33,855 nt of DNA from Neovahlkampfia damariscottae. Lineage: Eukaryota. Below the pieces are notes generated by a model. The model was given only the letters and a program-made list of their open reading frames with translations, was not told the DNA's origin and did not search any database. Location: assembly GCA_016618085.1 (NCBI GenBank), contig JABLTG010000194.1:1-33855 (forward strand). Direction: 5' to 3'. Of this stretch, positions 16,187 to 29,506 are shown piece by piece; the stretch's first letter is position 1, and each line of letters starts with the position of its first letter. The position numbers and the translations under genes are program-made.

Positions 16187-16459
16187 CTAAATAATTAAAA
16201 ATTATTATTTCAATTGTTTTATTTACTCTTTGCTTGGTTTTTTTAACTTTAAAGACGCTGATTGGACAATTTTATCAGATACTTATAGTGGACCAATGAT
16301 TTTTCATTTTCTTGGTGGATTTGAATAAAATAATTTTTTATTGTATTTTTTGTTTATAAAACATTTTTTAATCATATATTCGTTTTTGGTCGTCTTTTTA
16401 TTGGGTTCACTCCACAAATAATTTTCATTGGATAATTTTGTTTTTCCTTCCAACGTGCA

Positions 16460-18920
16460 ATGAGTGAAGAGAACAAGGACACAATCCCAGAAGCAACTCC
16501 ACAAACTGAGTCAACAGAAAAAGAACAAAATGAAAATACAGAAAATTCCGAACTTAAATCAGAATTAGAAAAAACAGAAAATAAAGAAAACGGTGAAAAA
16601 CCACAAGAAGAAGAAACAGAAAAAAAAACAGAAGATGTTGAAAATAAAACAACTGAAGAAAATGGTGAAAATAAATCTGAAGAAGAAAATAAAACACCAA
16701 ATGAAAATGTTGAAGAAAAAACAGAAGAAGGTGAAAAACAACCGGAAGAAGAAAAAACAGAACCAGAAAATGGTGAAACAACAGAGGAAAAAAAAACTGA
16801 AGAAAACAGTGAACAACAAAAACCAGAAACTTCAGAAACAGAAAAAACAGAAGAAGAAGTTCAAAAAGAAGGAGAAGCAAAACCTGAAGGAGAATTAACT
16901 GAAGAAGAAGAAGAAGCAAAAATGAAAGAACAAAAACGTCTTAATGATAAAAGACATGCTGTACAAGAAATTCTTACAACTGAAAATACATACGTAAAAC
17001 AATTAAACATGTTAGAAACTTTCTTCATGATTCCTATTCGTGAAAGTTTATCAAAACCAAGTTCAATTTTACCACCTGAAGATTATACAAATATTTTTGT
17101 TGACCTTGAAATGATTATTCGTGTCAATGATGAACTTTTATCAAGTTTAAAAGATTGGTTCAGGTATAAAGGATATTTAAAAGATGAAGTCCCAATTAGT
17201 AACTTGTTTTTTTTTTAACCGTTTTTTTTTTCTATAGAAAAGGACGCTGATAAATTAACTTTGGGATCAATTTTTTTAAAATTGACACCTTTTCTTAAAA
17301 GTTATAAAAATTATTGTAGTAAATATGAGACTAACTTCAAAGTACTCACAGAAAGAAGACAAAAATATAAACCATTTAAAAAATTTCTTGAAAAGAATGA
17401 ATTGACACCACAAGTTCAATTTCAAAGTCTGGATTCATTTTTGATTTTACCTGTTCAGCGTATTCCTCGTTATAATATGCTTTTGGGTGTAGGAAAAAAA
17501 AAAAAAAATTCAATTTTTTACAGGAAGTTATAAAAAAATCAAAACCAGAAGAAGAAGATTATGATAAATTATGTCAAGCTTTAGACCTTATTCAAGAAGT
17601 TGCTTTTGTTGTCAACGACCACATGAAAGAATTAGAAATTCGTCAAAAGATTATTGATATCGGAAATTCGATAGCAGGCTTACCATTTGAAATTATTCAA
17701 CCTTCAAGAAAACATGTAACAGAAGGATCTGTTAATATGATTTCAAACAAACATGGAGTAGTTCAACGTTATTTATTTTTATTCAATGATTTATTCCTTT
17801 TGACAAAAGAAAAACAAAGAGAAAATCTTGTTTTAGATTTATTAGATTTAAATACTGATAATAAGAATGAAAAATATGATTTCAAAAGTGCAATTACATT
17901 CATTAATTTACCTTTAACATGGGTAAGAGATGTACCAGATCAAAAAAGTAACCAGTCTTTTTTTTTTTTTTTTAACTTTTTAAAAAGTTGTCAAAAATGC
18001 ATTTCAAGTAGTTTCGCATACAAGAACCTGGACATTTGTTTGTCAAAAAGAAAGTGAAAAACAAGAATGGATGAGTACTATTCAAAAACAAATTGATTCT
18101 ATGATTCAAAATACACCACAATTAAAAGATAAACCAAAAGCTACTATTTCATACCCACCAAAAGGATTAATACCAGATCTTTTAGAAATTAATACTCAAA
18201 ACCCACCAAAAGATGTTGTTATTGGAACAGCACCTGAACCAAAACCAATGGAATTAAAAGTCGATTCAAAGAAACAACTTGGAAAAAATAATCGTAACAG
18301 GGGTTTGTTTTTTTAATATTTTTAACAGGAAAAAATTCTCAAGGTTCTATTGGTGGTATTTTAGGAAAAATATTCAAAGGTCAAAATAATTCAGAGAAAA
18401 GAAAAAATTTGGATGATGGAAAAGAAGTTAATGCACTGAGTGATACTGAATGTGATTATGAAGAAGACTTTCCAAAAGATCAATTCATGCCTCAAATTTA
18501 TAAAGATATTTATCGTGCTTATGCAGAAGATCAAATGTGGAAAATGTTCAGAATTACTGCAAAATCAGAAGGTAAAAAACAAAAAAAAGGATGTATCAAA
18601 GAGTTACAAGTATGTTTTTTTTTTTTTTTTTTTACGTTTTCTAAAAGGACGAAGAATTTACTGTTGTCGCAAATCCTTTGTTTGGTGTTCGTAAATACAA
18701 TAGAAATTATGCTGCTATAAGAAAAATATCATCTTTAAAAGATGTAGAAGAACAAGTTCATTTTTATAAAAATGGATTCATTGTTGATGTTACAACAAAA
18801 ACATTATCTGTTGAACAAACTGTTGTTGTTCATGAAGATGCTGTATTTCCATTCTCTGAGGAAGGAAAAACTATTAAAAGAAATGAAAGACCAATAGAAC
18901 AACCAACAGACAAACAATAA
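16460..18920 (+). CDS. Dbl-family RhoGEF (acidic N-terminus, DH-PH), multi-exon
   Basis: DH motifs RHAVQEILTTENTYVKQL and LILPVQRIPRYNMLL; PH motif RYLFLFNDLFLLTK; short GT-AG introns join the ORF pieces. Confidence 0.9.
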
Positions 18921-19000
18921 AATATAACTTTTTATTTTTAACCATTATCCAATTAAAATTCTTCATCTCAAGAAAAAAAAAAAACAGAAAACACACTGAC

Positions 19001-19302
19001 ATGAAAAGACCTACTTTACCGAATTTTTTTCACACAAAAGTTAAAACAGATCCTATAAGAGACAATTTAATCAATTATCATGAAAATTTACACAAAAACT
19101 TTAGATGGACAAAAGGAAATTCTTTGAAAATTGTAGGTTTTGTTGCTTCCATTTTTTTTGCTCATGAATGGATGATTGCTTCTATGGTATTAATTATTTT
19201 TGTGTTTATTATTTTTTTTTTTAGAGAGATAGAAATAAACCAAATACATCAAATGATCCTACATGGTTTAAATATGTTAGAGAATCAAAAAGAGATTATT
19301 AA
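19001..19302 (+). CDS. Probable complex I subunit NDUFB4 (B15)-like, 87 aa; intron 19187-19224
   Basis: DP.......HENLHKNFRWT followed by a TM segment resembles fungal/plant NDUFB4; spliced exon 2 RDRNKP...KRDY*. Confidence 0.55.
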
Positions 19303-19520
19303 ATTTTATTTTAAACACGTTAATAGTTGTAGAAGAAATTACTCTTTGAATTCTTTGTCCAATTAAGATTTCTTCAAAAACTGATACCAATTTTTTTATT
19401 CCTGCTCAGTGAAAATGAATTACGTTGAAATTCATTTTATTTTTCTTATTCTTATTTTTTTCTTCATTTTTTTTCATTTTTTTTCATTGGTCGTTTTTTT
19501 TTGTTTACACAACAGAAATC

Positions 19521-22500
19521 ATGAGCGAAACCAAACTCATAAAAATCGATGAAAAATTAAAGATACAATCACAAAATGATCTCAACATAAATCCTAGAGA
19601 TTTTTTATTACAATTTCTAAAGGATTTTAAACTTTATGATCAAAAAGATTTTTTGAACTTTTTAAAAGAAAACAAAAATGAAGTGTTAATCGATATCATA
19701 TGGTTATTATCACTAGAACAACAACAAAAAGAAGACTCAGAAAAAAAATCAGAAATCTCAGAATTAACAAGATTACTAATTGTAAGTTGTTTTAAAAAAA
19801 TTAAAAAAAAAAATAAAGGACAATAGAATTATTTCTAAAGAAGAAATTATTGAAAACTTGGAAGATTATTCATTAATTCAAGAAACAACAGATATTCCAA
19901 AAGAAACAATAATTTCCAAAGAAAAAAAACAAAGAGGACAAAAATATCAAATTTTAAAATACAACTTATTAAGAGAAGAAAGTGAAGGATATTCAAAATT
20001 AATTATTGATTTATTATCATCTAATTCTATTGAATTTCATAAAATACAATCTTTAATAGCACAATTTGATTTAGAACCAAATAGAGTACTTGATATTATT
20101 TTAGAATGTTTTGAATCAAGATTGGATCAAAAAGAAACCTTTTTAAAACTTATTGACAATGTTGATTTAAAAAAAAACATTCCTTCTTTAATGGGCTTCA
20201 AATTTAATTTTTACACAAAAAACAAAAAAAAAACCTTAAACTCGTTATTTGAGTTGACTGCAATTTTGATAAAAAATGGAGATTTATCAATTGAATCTAT
20301 TTATGAATCATTGTCAGAAGAAGAAATTGATCATCAAAATCAAAAAATACAACTCGTTGAATATTTATTTCAACTTGATTGTTGGGAAGAAGGAATGAAG
20401 TTATACAAGATTTTATTGAATTATACTACTTTACAACCTTATTTGAATCAAAATATTTCAACAAAAATTTGTGAAAAAATTTCTGATGAAATTAAAGAAA
20501 TGTATCAAAAAATATCAGCATCAATATTAAAAGAAGAAGAATTGAAAGAATACAAATTCCAAAAAAACGATGAAGAAAAATTAACCAATGAGATCTTTCC
20601 AATATTACGTATGAATTTTTTTTTTTTTTAATTTGAAGTTTTATTGAAATCTGGAATTTCATTTGATGTTGTTTTGTTCACTAAAATTATCAGAATTTTA
20701 CAAGTTTATTATTCCAATCATGAATTAAATGAAACACATCTCTTGGAATCATTAATATCAGGATTATGTTATTTAGAAACCAATACTGGTCTTGTTTATG
20801 AATTTTGGGATTTAATGAAAATATTTCATTTTTCTAAAAGATTTCAAATTTATGGTTCTATTAAAAATTTGAAAATTTATCAAACAATGCAAACCAAAGT
20901 ATCACAAAGTTTAAAAAGATTAGCCAAAGAAAATACAAAATCCAAAGCAAGAGAAATTGCAAAAATGGCACATACCAATCCTCTTTCAACTTGTGAAAAA
21001 GTTTTATATTATGCAGAATCATTTGATAATCAAATTCCAATTTTAGTTGATGTATTAAGATACACTTCAAATTTATTTCATGATATGATTACTTATTCAA
21101 TGTTGAATAAATTATCCAATGATAAAAGTCGTTTAAAAAAAGATGGTGTTTCTATTGCAAATTGGTTATCAAATTTAACTTTATTTACTGGTTTATACTT
21201 GAAAAAATATTTTGCTGGTGATATTTCACCTTTTATTATTTTCATAAAAAAAAGATTGATGAGTGGAAATTGGGAAGATTTAATCATTTTAAAAGAAATT
21301 ATTAAACAAATCTGTTCCATTGAAATCATTGAAGAGATTCAAATTTCACAAATTGAAGCTCAATCAGGTGGAGATACTTTAAAGTCATGTGGTGGTTCAT
21401 TTGGTGATTACTTAGGAAAATCTAATAAAAAATCAACAAGAAAATTAAGAGAAACATTAGATGAAGAATCTATTTTATTTTTTATTTCAAAATTTGATTG
21501 TTCTTTATTAAATTTACATGATGAAGAAGAAATGTCAAATTCTTTGATTAGATTAGTTTCTGATTCTCAAGATAAATCACATGAAGTTTTATTGATGCTC
21601 CTTCGATTTTATGAAGAACAAATTGCAAGATCAACAACACCATTAACAACTTTGAAACAATTACCATCTTTAAATGAATTATTGATAACTTTTGAAATTT
21701 CAATTGAAAACTCATTTTCTTTGATTAGAACATTGAATACAAAAGAAGAAAATGAAAAAATTGAGTTAAAAGAAATCAAACCTTTATCTGAATTATGGAG
21801 TTATTTTTCACCTGAATTTTATAAATTCTTTTGGATATCTTCATCTTATGATATTTTTGTACCTCATCATAGATATCTAGAAGAAGTAGGAACTTATCAA
21901 AAATTAGTAGATACAACACCAACCAATGAAAAAGAAAGAAGAGAATCAAAAAAAAAAAAAGAATTATTTGAATTAACAATCAAAGAATTAAACAAAGAAA
22001 GAAGTGATCAAGTTAAAAATGCATCAAAATTCATTTCAACATTTAAAGAATTCAAATCAAAGTACTTCACCAAAGATTTTGATACTTGGAAATTCCTTCA
22101 ATATTGTATTTATCCAAGATGTATATTTTCAGGTTTAGATTCATTTTATTGTTCAAAATTCATTGAATTATTAATACTCTATGAAGTTGAAAATTTTGAT
22201 TTTTTTGAATTCTTTTCATTGATTATTTCAAATGCACCTAATTTTATTTATTCTTTAACTGCAAATGAAGTTTATAGATTTTCATTTTTCTTGAAATATT
22301 TATTGAATCTTTTAGGTGAATTTTATGATGATAAAAAAATTTATGAAAAAAGAAGAAAGATTTTTAGAGATAAAATATCATCACATGAAGAGTTTAAATC
22401 ATATTTTGAGAAGATTAATCAACAATTCTTAAGTGGAATAATGAAATTATTAAAGTAAAAAACAATGAAAAAATTAACTTTGTTTTTTTTGAAGGGGTGA

Positions 22501-23107
22501 AAATTTCAATGCTAGAAATACATTGATGATTTTAACAAATTTAGGAGAAGCTAAATTATTTCCAAAATTCTATTTACATGGAATGGAATTGAAGAAAGTG
22601 ATAAATACAATGAAATCTCATGTTGATAAAAATATTCAAGTTTTATGTGAAAGATATCATCCTTTAGTTCAAAATTTAACATCAAAATTGAAATCAAGTC
22701 ATGAAGAACAAAAGAAAAAGAAAAATGAAACAAAAAAAGAAATTAAAACAAAATCAAAATCAACATATACTTCTGTTTCATCAAAGAGAAGTGAATCTTC
22801 AATAATAGATGATAGTCAAAAAAGAAAGAGAAGTGATGATAGTTCAGAAGATAGATCAACTAAGAAATTAAAAGTTGAAAATGGAGGTGGATCAACAACA
22901 CCAGAAAGAAAAGAATCAGATGATATTCAAAAAAGAAGAGCTGAAAAATTCAAAACAACATCATCAGAACCAACTAAAGATCAAAAATCATCTCAAAGTG
23001 GTTCAAGAATCAAATTGAAAGAAGATGAAAAAAAAGAAGAAGAAAAAAAGGAAGAAAGTAGACCTGCCAGAAAATTAAAATTAAATAGAGGTGGAGAAAG
23101 AAGTTAA
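19521..23107 (+). CDS. THOC2: THO complex subunit 2, multi-exon
   Basis: KYNLLREESEGYSKLI, FDLEPNRVLDIILECFE, LKRLAKEN...AHTNP, RLKKDG..IANWL, FLQYCIYPRCIFS motifs; charged C-terminal tail. Confidence 0.93.
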
Positions 23108-24391
23108 TCTTTTCTTTTTATTGTTAAACAATAAATTTTTAAAACAGCACATAATGTTTGAATTACTGACATGATCATATGTGAATAAAATAAAACTGCA
23201 TAAACCCAGTAGAAAATCAAAGCATTAAAATCAGAAATCAATGGTTCAATTGATAAGAAATAACAAACCATTGAGTGTGCTCCAAAAACACCCATTGGGA
23301 GTAAAATATAATGAAATGTTGGTGTGCGCATTCTTATAACTCTTGATAAAACTTGAATTGATACAATATATCCAACTAATCCTCCGAAAAGTGACCAACC
23401 AAGAACAACATGAGTATTTAATAAATGTTCATTTGAACAATATACCCAAACTGACCATGATACTAATAAAAAGAAAAATGGAAATGAAACTCTCATTGCT
23501 GATCCTTTTAATTTATACTCTTCTTTTGTTAATTGAGCAGTGAAGATGTAATAAAAATTGAGGAATAAACCAGCAAGTGCGAGGAGAATAAATGAAACAC
23601 CAATGATAAAGTTGACTTCATAATCTAATAAAAATGAAAAGTTCTTTGCAAAAGCAATATCTTCAAGATAGTATGATGCTTTTCTTGTCCAAAATTTTGC
23701 TCCAAGATATCCAGCTGCAACTTGAATTGCGATAGCCTATAAAAAAAATTTAACTTTTTTTTTTTTTTTTACTCCAAGTAAAGCTTCTGTTGGTCCTGAA
23801 AATGCTGAGAATCTCATTGAACCAGTATACTATAAAAAATTAATTTTTTTTTTTTCCAAACGTATTGTTCCCAAATGGCAAAATAAAAAGTACAATGGAT
23901 GATTACATAAACAAAGAAACCAGTCCATGATCCAGCAAGTTGAGTTGCTGCGATGGTTGTAATAGCTTGAAGCATACATGCTAAAGCATCACATCCATGA
24001 TCAAATAATTCACCAAGAGCTGATGAACTTCCTGTTCTTCGAGCTTGTTTTCCATCAATAGCGTCCATTGTCATGTAATAAAATAACCCTAAAAAAATAA
24101 ATAAATGTTATATCTCTTCATACAAAAAGCGTTCAAATAATAAACCCATGATGGAACGAGTTCACCTTGTAAATTAGGTCCAGCAAAGAATACTGTAGTG
24201 AAATAATGAACTAAAACACCAAAAAAACCGACTAATGTTACTAAATTTGGAGCCATTGTCATTGGTAAAAAGTTAACAATCCAATTCCAAAAAGGTTGAA
24301 AGAAAGGTGTAATATATGATGCATCAGCATTATGATATTTGTATTCACCCAAGTTTTTCTTTCCAGATTCACTAATGTAATAATCGGTCAT
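23104..24391 (-). CDS. Choline/ethanolamine phosphotransferase (CDP-alcohol phosphatidyltransferase), multi-exon
   Basis: DAIDGKQARRTGSSSALGELFDHGCD signature; N-terminal YKY...FWNW.V..LP..MAPNLVTL; several TM segments. Confidence 0.93.
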
Positions 24392-24522
24392 GTTTTGAGT
24401 TTTTCCCGTTATCCAATCAAATCATTCCACGTGAAAAGTTTAATACCATACAAATTGACAAAAAAAAATTGAACATTCCTCTGAGCTAAAAGAAGAAAAA
24501 AATAAATTAAAAAAAAAAATAA

Positions 24523-25149
24523 TTATTGTTCATCATCTTCAATCAATTCATCAGTTAATACATTCCATTTTGATTTTGAATCTTGTGCGAATGAATTTTT
24601 CAAAGAAGAATAACCAGAAGCAACTTCAGCTTTTTTAGTTTCAGATTTTCTTGATTTTTGAACAGCTGAAAACAACTCAACAACACCTGATGTTGCAATA
24701 CCTCTATAATAATTCTCCTTTTGCATTGAATAACTTTGTGGGTCTTTGTGATCCTTATTGAAAATTTTTTTATCATCAAAAGTTTTTTTTATTTCAGTTG
24801 ACATTTTTTCTCTCAATTTAATATTTTCTTTCATCAATTTTTTATTTTTTGACATAATTCCTGACGACTTTCCTTCAAGAATTGAATTCAATGTTTTTAT
24901 AAATTTTTGTTTAGTTTCTGGTTCTTCAAATTCAATTTTCTTTTGTTGTTGTTTTGATTCTTTTTTATGTTGTTTTTCAAAAAATTCATCATCGTCAGAA
25001 GCTGAATCTTCTTCAAAACTTTGTTCAGCTTCTTCATCAAATGAGTCTTCTTCTTCATCAGAATTTTGGAAATCATTTGTCTCTTCAATCATTTCATTAT
25101 CACTTTCATCACTATATCCACTTGAATAACTCTCCTCGTTTGTATCCAT
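24523..25149 (-). CDS. RRP15: Ribosomal RNA-processing protein 15-like
   Basis: Acidic N-terminus; RGIATSGVVELFSAV and WNVLTD motifs. Confidence 0.75.
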   Translation of the reverse strand: MDTNEESYSSGYSDESDNEMIEETNDFQNSDEEEDSFDEEAEQSFEEDSASDDDEFFEKQHKKESKQQQKKIEFEEPETKQKFIKTLNSILEGKSSGIMSKNKKLMKENIKLREKMSTEIKKTFDDKKIFNKDHKDPQSYSMQKENYYRGIATSGVVELFSAVQKSRKSETKKAEVASGYSSLKNSFAQDSKSKWNVLTDELIEDDEQ

Positions 25150-25253
25150 TTTTTTTTGTTTGTTAAAATTTTTTTTATCCAATGAAATTGAAATATTTTT
25201 ATTTATAAAAATTTACAATATAAAACTTTAAATTTATCATATTTTGACATTTT

Positions 25254-26135
25254 CTATACTTTATTTTCTTTCTTTTCGACATCAGGTTCATTTTTTATTC
25301 CAAAATATTTCATAGTGTACCCTTCATCATCACCTAAATAATCTTGATTCAAAGATTCTTCTCTTGTTGGAATTTGATGTATCAATCCATTACAAATCTT
25401 TAAAGTGTGATTTAAATAAAAATTCTTACATCACATCCGATTCTAAAAAAAAGTTAAATTATTGTTCAAAACACTCTTACGATTCATCTTCTTTTCTTTC
25501 AACTAAAACATATCGAAAAGAATCTGTTTTTGAGTTATATACATAAAAAGGTTCTTTAGTATTCTTTGATAACCAAGTACCAAAATCATCAGCCTCATGG
25601 AACAGATAAGGACCAATACCAATAATAAAATCTGATTCTTTTTGTAACTTTGATTTTTCAGCTGGTGAATCAGTTTGTACTTCTGCTACATGCCATACAC
25701 ATTCTAAAAATAAACAAAGTTATTAAAGGTTGAAAAAGTAAAATTACCTAAAGCTTTCTGTACTGTTTCATATCTAATTGTACATCCTAATTTTAAATTA
25801 ATACCAGTTAAACCAGTTTTATCCCATGTTGATGATGGAATTAAAACAACAGCTTTTCTAAATTAATTCTAAAAAAAAAAACCGTTACTTCTTTCAGTCA
25901 TTAATTTTGTGCTATATACAGTGATTTGTAGTGGTTGATTTTCACTTTTATTTATATAATTTGAAAAAAAATCACTTTTTTCTTCTTGGACAGGACAATT
26001 ATCTAAACTAATAATAAAATCAAAATAAGGAACTAATCCAGCTTTAAAAGCAGGACTATCAGGTATAACTCTGACTACTTGATATCCAGTTATTTGTAAA
26101 TCTTTTCTTTCTGATTCAGATTGTGCGTTTCCCAT
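25254..26135 (-). CDS. GRASP55/65 Golgi reassembly stacking protein (two PDZ-like domains), multi-exon
   Basis: Myristoylation-type MGNAQS start; GYQVVRV..DSPA.KAGLVPYFDFI; LGCTIRY; VWHVAEV..DSPA; spliced IGCDICNGLIHQIP. Confidence 0.9.
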
Positions 26136-26200
26136 TTTGTTCTTCAAGTTAATTTTAAATTATTGGTTTTATTGGTCCAACAAAAATAAAGTGAAATTAT

Positions 26201-26207
26201 CCAATCA
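26201..26207 (+). promoter_or_regulatory. CCAAT box in the 87-bp divergent GRASP/Rab5 promoter (representative of a host-wide motif)
   Basis: CCAATCA or TGATTGG also at 13854, 15643, 16259, 24413, 27015, 28780 and 31137, each within ~75 bp upstream of a host ATG. Confidence 0.7.
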
Positions 26208-26222
26208 AATTTTTTCGCCATC

Positions 26223-26962
26223 ATGGACAGCACTTCAAAGTCAATTCTTTCGTATAAATTAGTTTTACTTGGTGAAAGTGCTGTTGGAAAGTCTTCTTTA
26301 GTTTTACGTTTTGTAAGAGGACAATTCTTTGAGTATCAAGAAAGTACAATTGGAGCAGCTTTTTTGACTCAAACTGTTGCTTTAGGTGATACATCCATAA
26401 AAGTTTTACAAGAAAATTCAATTTTAATTTTAAAAATAGTTTGAAATTTGGGATACTGCCGGTCAAGGTTTTTTTTTTTTAATTTTAAAATTTAATTTTT
26501 TTTAGAACGATATAAAAGTTTAGCTCCTATGTACTATAGAGGTGCTACAGCAGCAATAGTGACTTATGACATCACAAATCCAGTTTGATTTTTTTTTTTT
26601 TATTTTAACCAAAAATGAAAAAGGACTCGTTTACAACTGCAAAGAATTGGGTAAAAGAACTTCAAAGACAAGGAAATACTTCAATTGTTATCGCTCTTGC
26701 TGGAAATAAATCAGATTTAGGAGATACAAAAAGAAAAGTTGCTCCTGAAGAAGTACAACAATTTGCTGATGAAAATGGTTTGATTTTCTTGGAAACATCC
26801 GCAAAAACTTCTGAAAATGTTCGTGAAATATTTATAGCTATTGCTAAAAGATTACCAAAAGAAAATCCATTAGATGAACAAGAAGATCCAAATCCCTTAC
26901 TTTTGAAAACTCCAGGTGCAGAACCAACAAGTTCTGGTTCAGGAAAACAATGTTGTCAATAA
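26223..26962 (+). CDS. RAB5: Rab5-family small GTPase, multi-exon
   Basis: [47 protein letters not shown] (28-nt exon 26440-26467); NKSD; ETSAK; C-terminal CCQ. Confidence 0.95.
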
Positions 26963-27050
26963 TAATAAAAAAAAACTTGAAATTTTTAATTTTTTATAAG
27001 TTCAAGTTCCTAGACCAATCACAAATAGACTAAGAAGACAAACCAAAAAG

Positions 27051-28535
27051 ATGTGCCGAGGAGGAGCAATGAACTTTAGTGGCCCAGAGGCAATCCTTTT
27101 ATTTCCTTTTCTAAGTGCTGTTTTTTTATACAATTATACAGCCGAAACAGTTGAAAAAAGTGTCAAAGAAACTGAAAAGAAAAATGCAATTTTTTCAGAG
27201 AAATTTTCAACATCTGTTTCTGAATATTTGAAATCTATTAATCAAAACTTTGATAATTTTCAAGTTTCTTTAACTTTCACAAATGAGCAAAAAGAAAATC
27301 TTTTACTCAAAAGATGTTTATCTTATTTTCAACTAAAAAAGTTTGAATTTGCCAAAAGAGACGCTCAAGATTGTTTGAAACTCAATTCAACAAATTATTT
27401 AGCACATTATCTTTTATGTTTAATCAACATACGCCAAGGAAACTATTTAGACAGTTTGAATCATGCTAAAGAAGCATTAGAAAATTACGACAAAGTTATC
27501 CCATTGGAAAGTTCATTTGAATTTGAAAACATGAAGAATTCACTCAATACAACTGAAGATAAAGAATTCAATTGGAATACAACTGTCAAAACTGTTGGTG
27601 GATTTTTTTCAAATTTTGGTATTGGTGAAAAAAAGAAAGAAATTCCAAGGGTCATGAAAATTGAAAAATTAGAATTTTTATATGGAAGTTGTTTACTTCA
27701 AAATGAATACTATTTTGATGGAATTTCTTATTTTGAAGATTTATGTTCTAAATCACCAAAAATGATAGAATTTTATTACTATCTCATTGGGACAAGCTAT
27801 TATCATTTATATGATAAAAAAAATGCTATAAAGTATTTTAATTTAGCTAAGGAATATAATTACAGTTCTGAAAAGTGTGATTTGATGATATTTATGAGCC
27901 AAAAAAGCTCAATGAAAGATTTTGAAATTGTCCAAGAAATTGGAATTTTGAAAAAAAAATATTCTGGAATTAAAATTCCTGAATGTCACATCAAACTTTT
28001 AAGTGATGATGTAATCATGAATATTTTATCCTATTTAAATTATGGATCAATCATCCAACTTGGGCAAACAGGAACAATCTTCAATCATTTTATGAAAAAA
28101 CCTGAAGTCTGGAATGATAGAATTATTCAATTACGTGAATTTAACCGTGGGAATTATGATAAAATGAAAGATAGAAAAGTTATCATTCAAATATTAAAAC
28201 ATCCAGTCTGTCAACATTCAACCATCATTGTTCAAAATGATATCCCAAATTGGAAATTGTCAAATTTCGGACTTGTTGAATTGGACAAAAAACAACATGA
28301 AAAGTATTATGGACATATTTCTGTGATGAATATTGCTTTTGAAAAATTGAAACTTTTTTCTCAATTCTATTGTGGAGGAGTTGATCTTTTGGTTTTAACT
28401 ACATCTACAAGAAAAGATACAGTCGAAAAGAAAATGAAAGAAGTTATTATTGGAGAAGAAACAATTCATGTTCATGATGTAAATATTCTTCTAAAAGAAT
28501 TATCTGATCCTGATATATTGAAAAATTTTTATTAA
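27051..28535 (+). CDS. TPR-repeat and F-box protein
   Basis: TPR-like helices (LKRCLSYFQLKKFEFAKRDAQDCLKLNSTN; AHYLL...GNYLDSL); F-box LLSDDVIMNILSYL...W. Confidence 0.75.
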   Translation: MCRGGAMNFSGPEAILLFPFLSAVFLYNYTAETVEKSVKETEKKNAIFSEKFSTSVSEYLKSINQNFDNFQVSLTFTNEQKENLLLKRCLSYFQLKKFEFAKRDAQDCLKLNSTNYLAHYLLCLINIRQGNYLDSLNHAKEALENYDKVIPLESSFEFENMKNSLNTTEDKEFNWNTTVKTVGGFFSNFGIGEKKKEIPRVMKIEKLEFLYGSCLLQNEYYFDGISYFEDLCSKSPKMIEFYYYLIGTSYYHLYDKKNAIKYFNLAKEYNYSSEKCDLMIFMSQKSSMKDFEIVQEIGILKKKYSGIKIPECHIKLLSDDVIMNILSYLNYGSIIQLGQTGTIFNHFMKKPEVWNDRIIQLREFNRGNYDKMKDRKVIIQILKHPVCQHSTIIVQNDIPNWKLSNFGLVELDKKQHEKYYGHISVMNIAFEKLKLFSQFYCGGVDLLVLTTSTRKDTVEKKMKEVIIGEETIHVHDVNILLKELSDPDILKNFY

Positions 28536-28800
28536 CAATAAAATGACAATTTTTCACATTTTCGTTTCCTTTTGTAAATTCTTTTCATCAATCTGCTGAA
28601 AGATAAATTCTTGAAATACCCTTATGAGATTGAAAAGTGGATGAATTTATCAGGATTTAGTTTCCTACCTCATTAATTTTATTAACATCTGTAACCTATA
28701 ACTTGTCAACATTTAATCTTTAAATTTTTCAAAATAAAGGAATCCACTATTACCTCACTCTTCAAAACCGATTTTAAATTGATTGGCTATTTTTTTCAAA

Positions 28801-29475
28801 ATGAAAAAGCAAACAACCTCCAAAGTAACATTTGTTGAGTGTTCTTTATTCTCTTATGTACAACATCCAAGAGAATTAGAAACATTTTTATATGGTTTAT
28901 TTGGAACTCAACCAACTCGTTTTTCAGAATACGTTTCGATTTACATTAAAACAATTGTTATTCCAGGAAATCAAGGAAATTCAGTCATCCAAAAAAGAAC
29001 AGAAGATTTAAAACTATACATAAAAAAAAATAAAGAAAATTGGACTGTATCATTTTATGGAGTTGGTCAAATCAAAAATAGAAAGTAAAAAAAAAAATTA
29101 TTAAACATGTAAAAGAGTTTGTGTGAGAACAATAACAAACTCAATAGTTAAAAGTGATAATGCTATCAATTTCTTAAAAATGTTGGATTGCAAGTAAAAA
29201 ACTTTTTCACTTATTTTTTTTTTCACACAACTAGATTTGACTATGATTATTTTCAAGAAGGTGTTCAATTTGAGAAAAATAACATAATTATACAAATTTC
29301 ATCGATAAAAAAGAATGATGAAAAAAAAACTAAATTATCAGAAGGATATTTTATAGAAATGAAAACTACTTCAACAAATGAAAAAATAGATGTCGATGAA
29401 AAAGAAATGATGATCATTGCAGATCAATTGTCATCTATCATAACATTTACAAAAGATTTACCAAGAGACATTTGA
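28801..29475 (+). CDS. Mediator subunit 18-like, two introns
   Basis: ECSLF...L.GLFG...F.E; WTVSFYG; spliced VCVRT...NAINFL.ML..FDYDY...G..F; C-terminal YFIEM...IADQL match the MED18 pattern. Confidence 0.65.
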
Positions 29476-29506
29476 AAATAAATTCAATTTTCATTTTTTG
29501 ATTTTG

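Noticed and set aside
14086..16919. Gln/His/Leu-rich, Phe-rich and Lys-rich ORFs over the WIP-like and RhoGEF genes
   Set aside because: Alternative-frame readings of low-complexity Pro-rich or Glu-rich coding sequence.
20861..25546. Small ORFs antisense or off-frame to THOC2, CEPT, RRP15 and GRASP
   Set aside because: They overlap recognisable genes and have no motifs of their own.
28590..28720. Inverted repeat GATAAATTC...GAATTTATC in the F-box/MED18 intergenic region as a snoRNA or snRNA
   Set aside because: No correctly ordered C/D or H/ACA boxes and no snRNA signature; short AT-rich stem may be chance.
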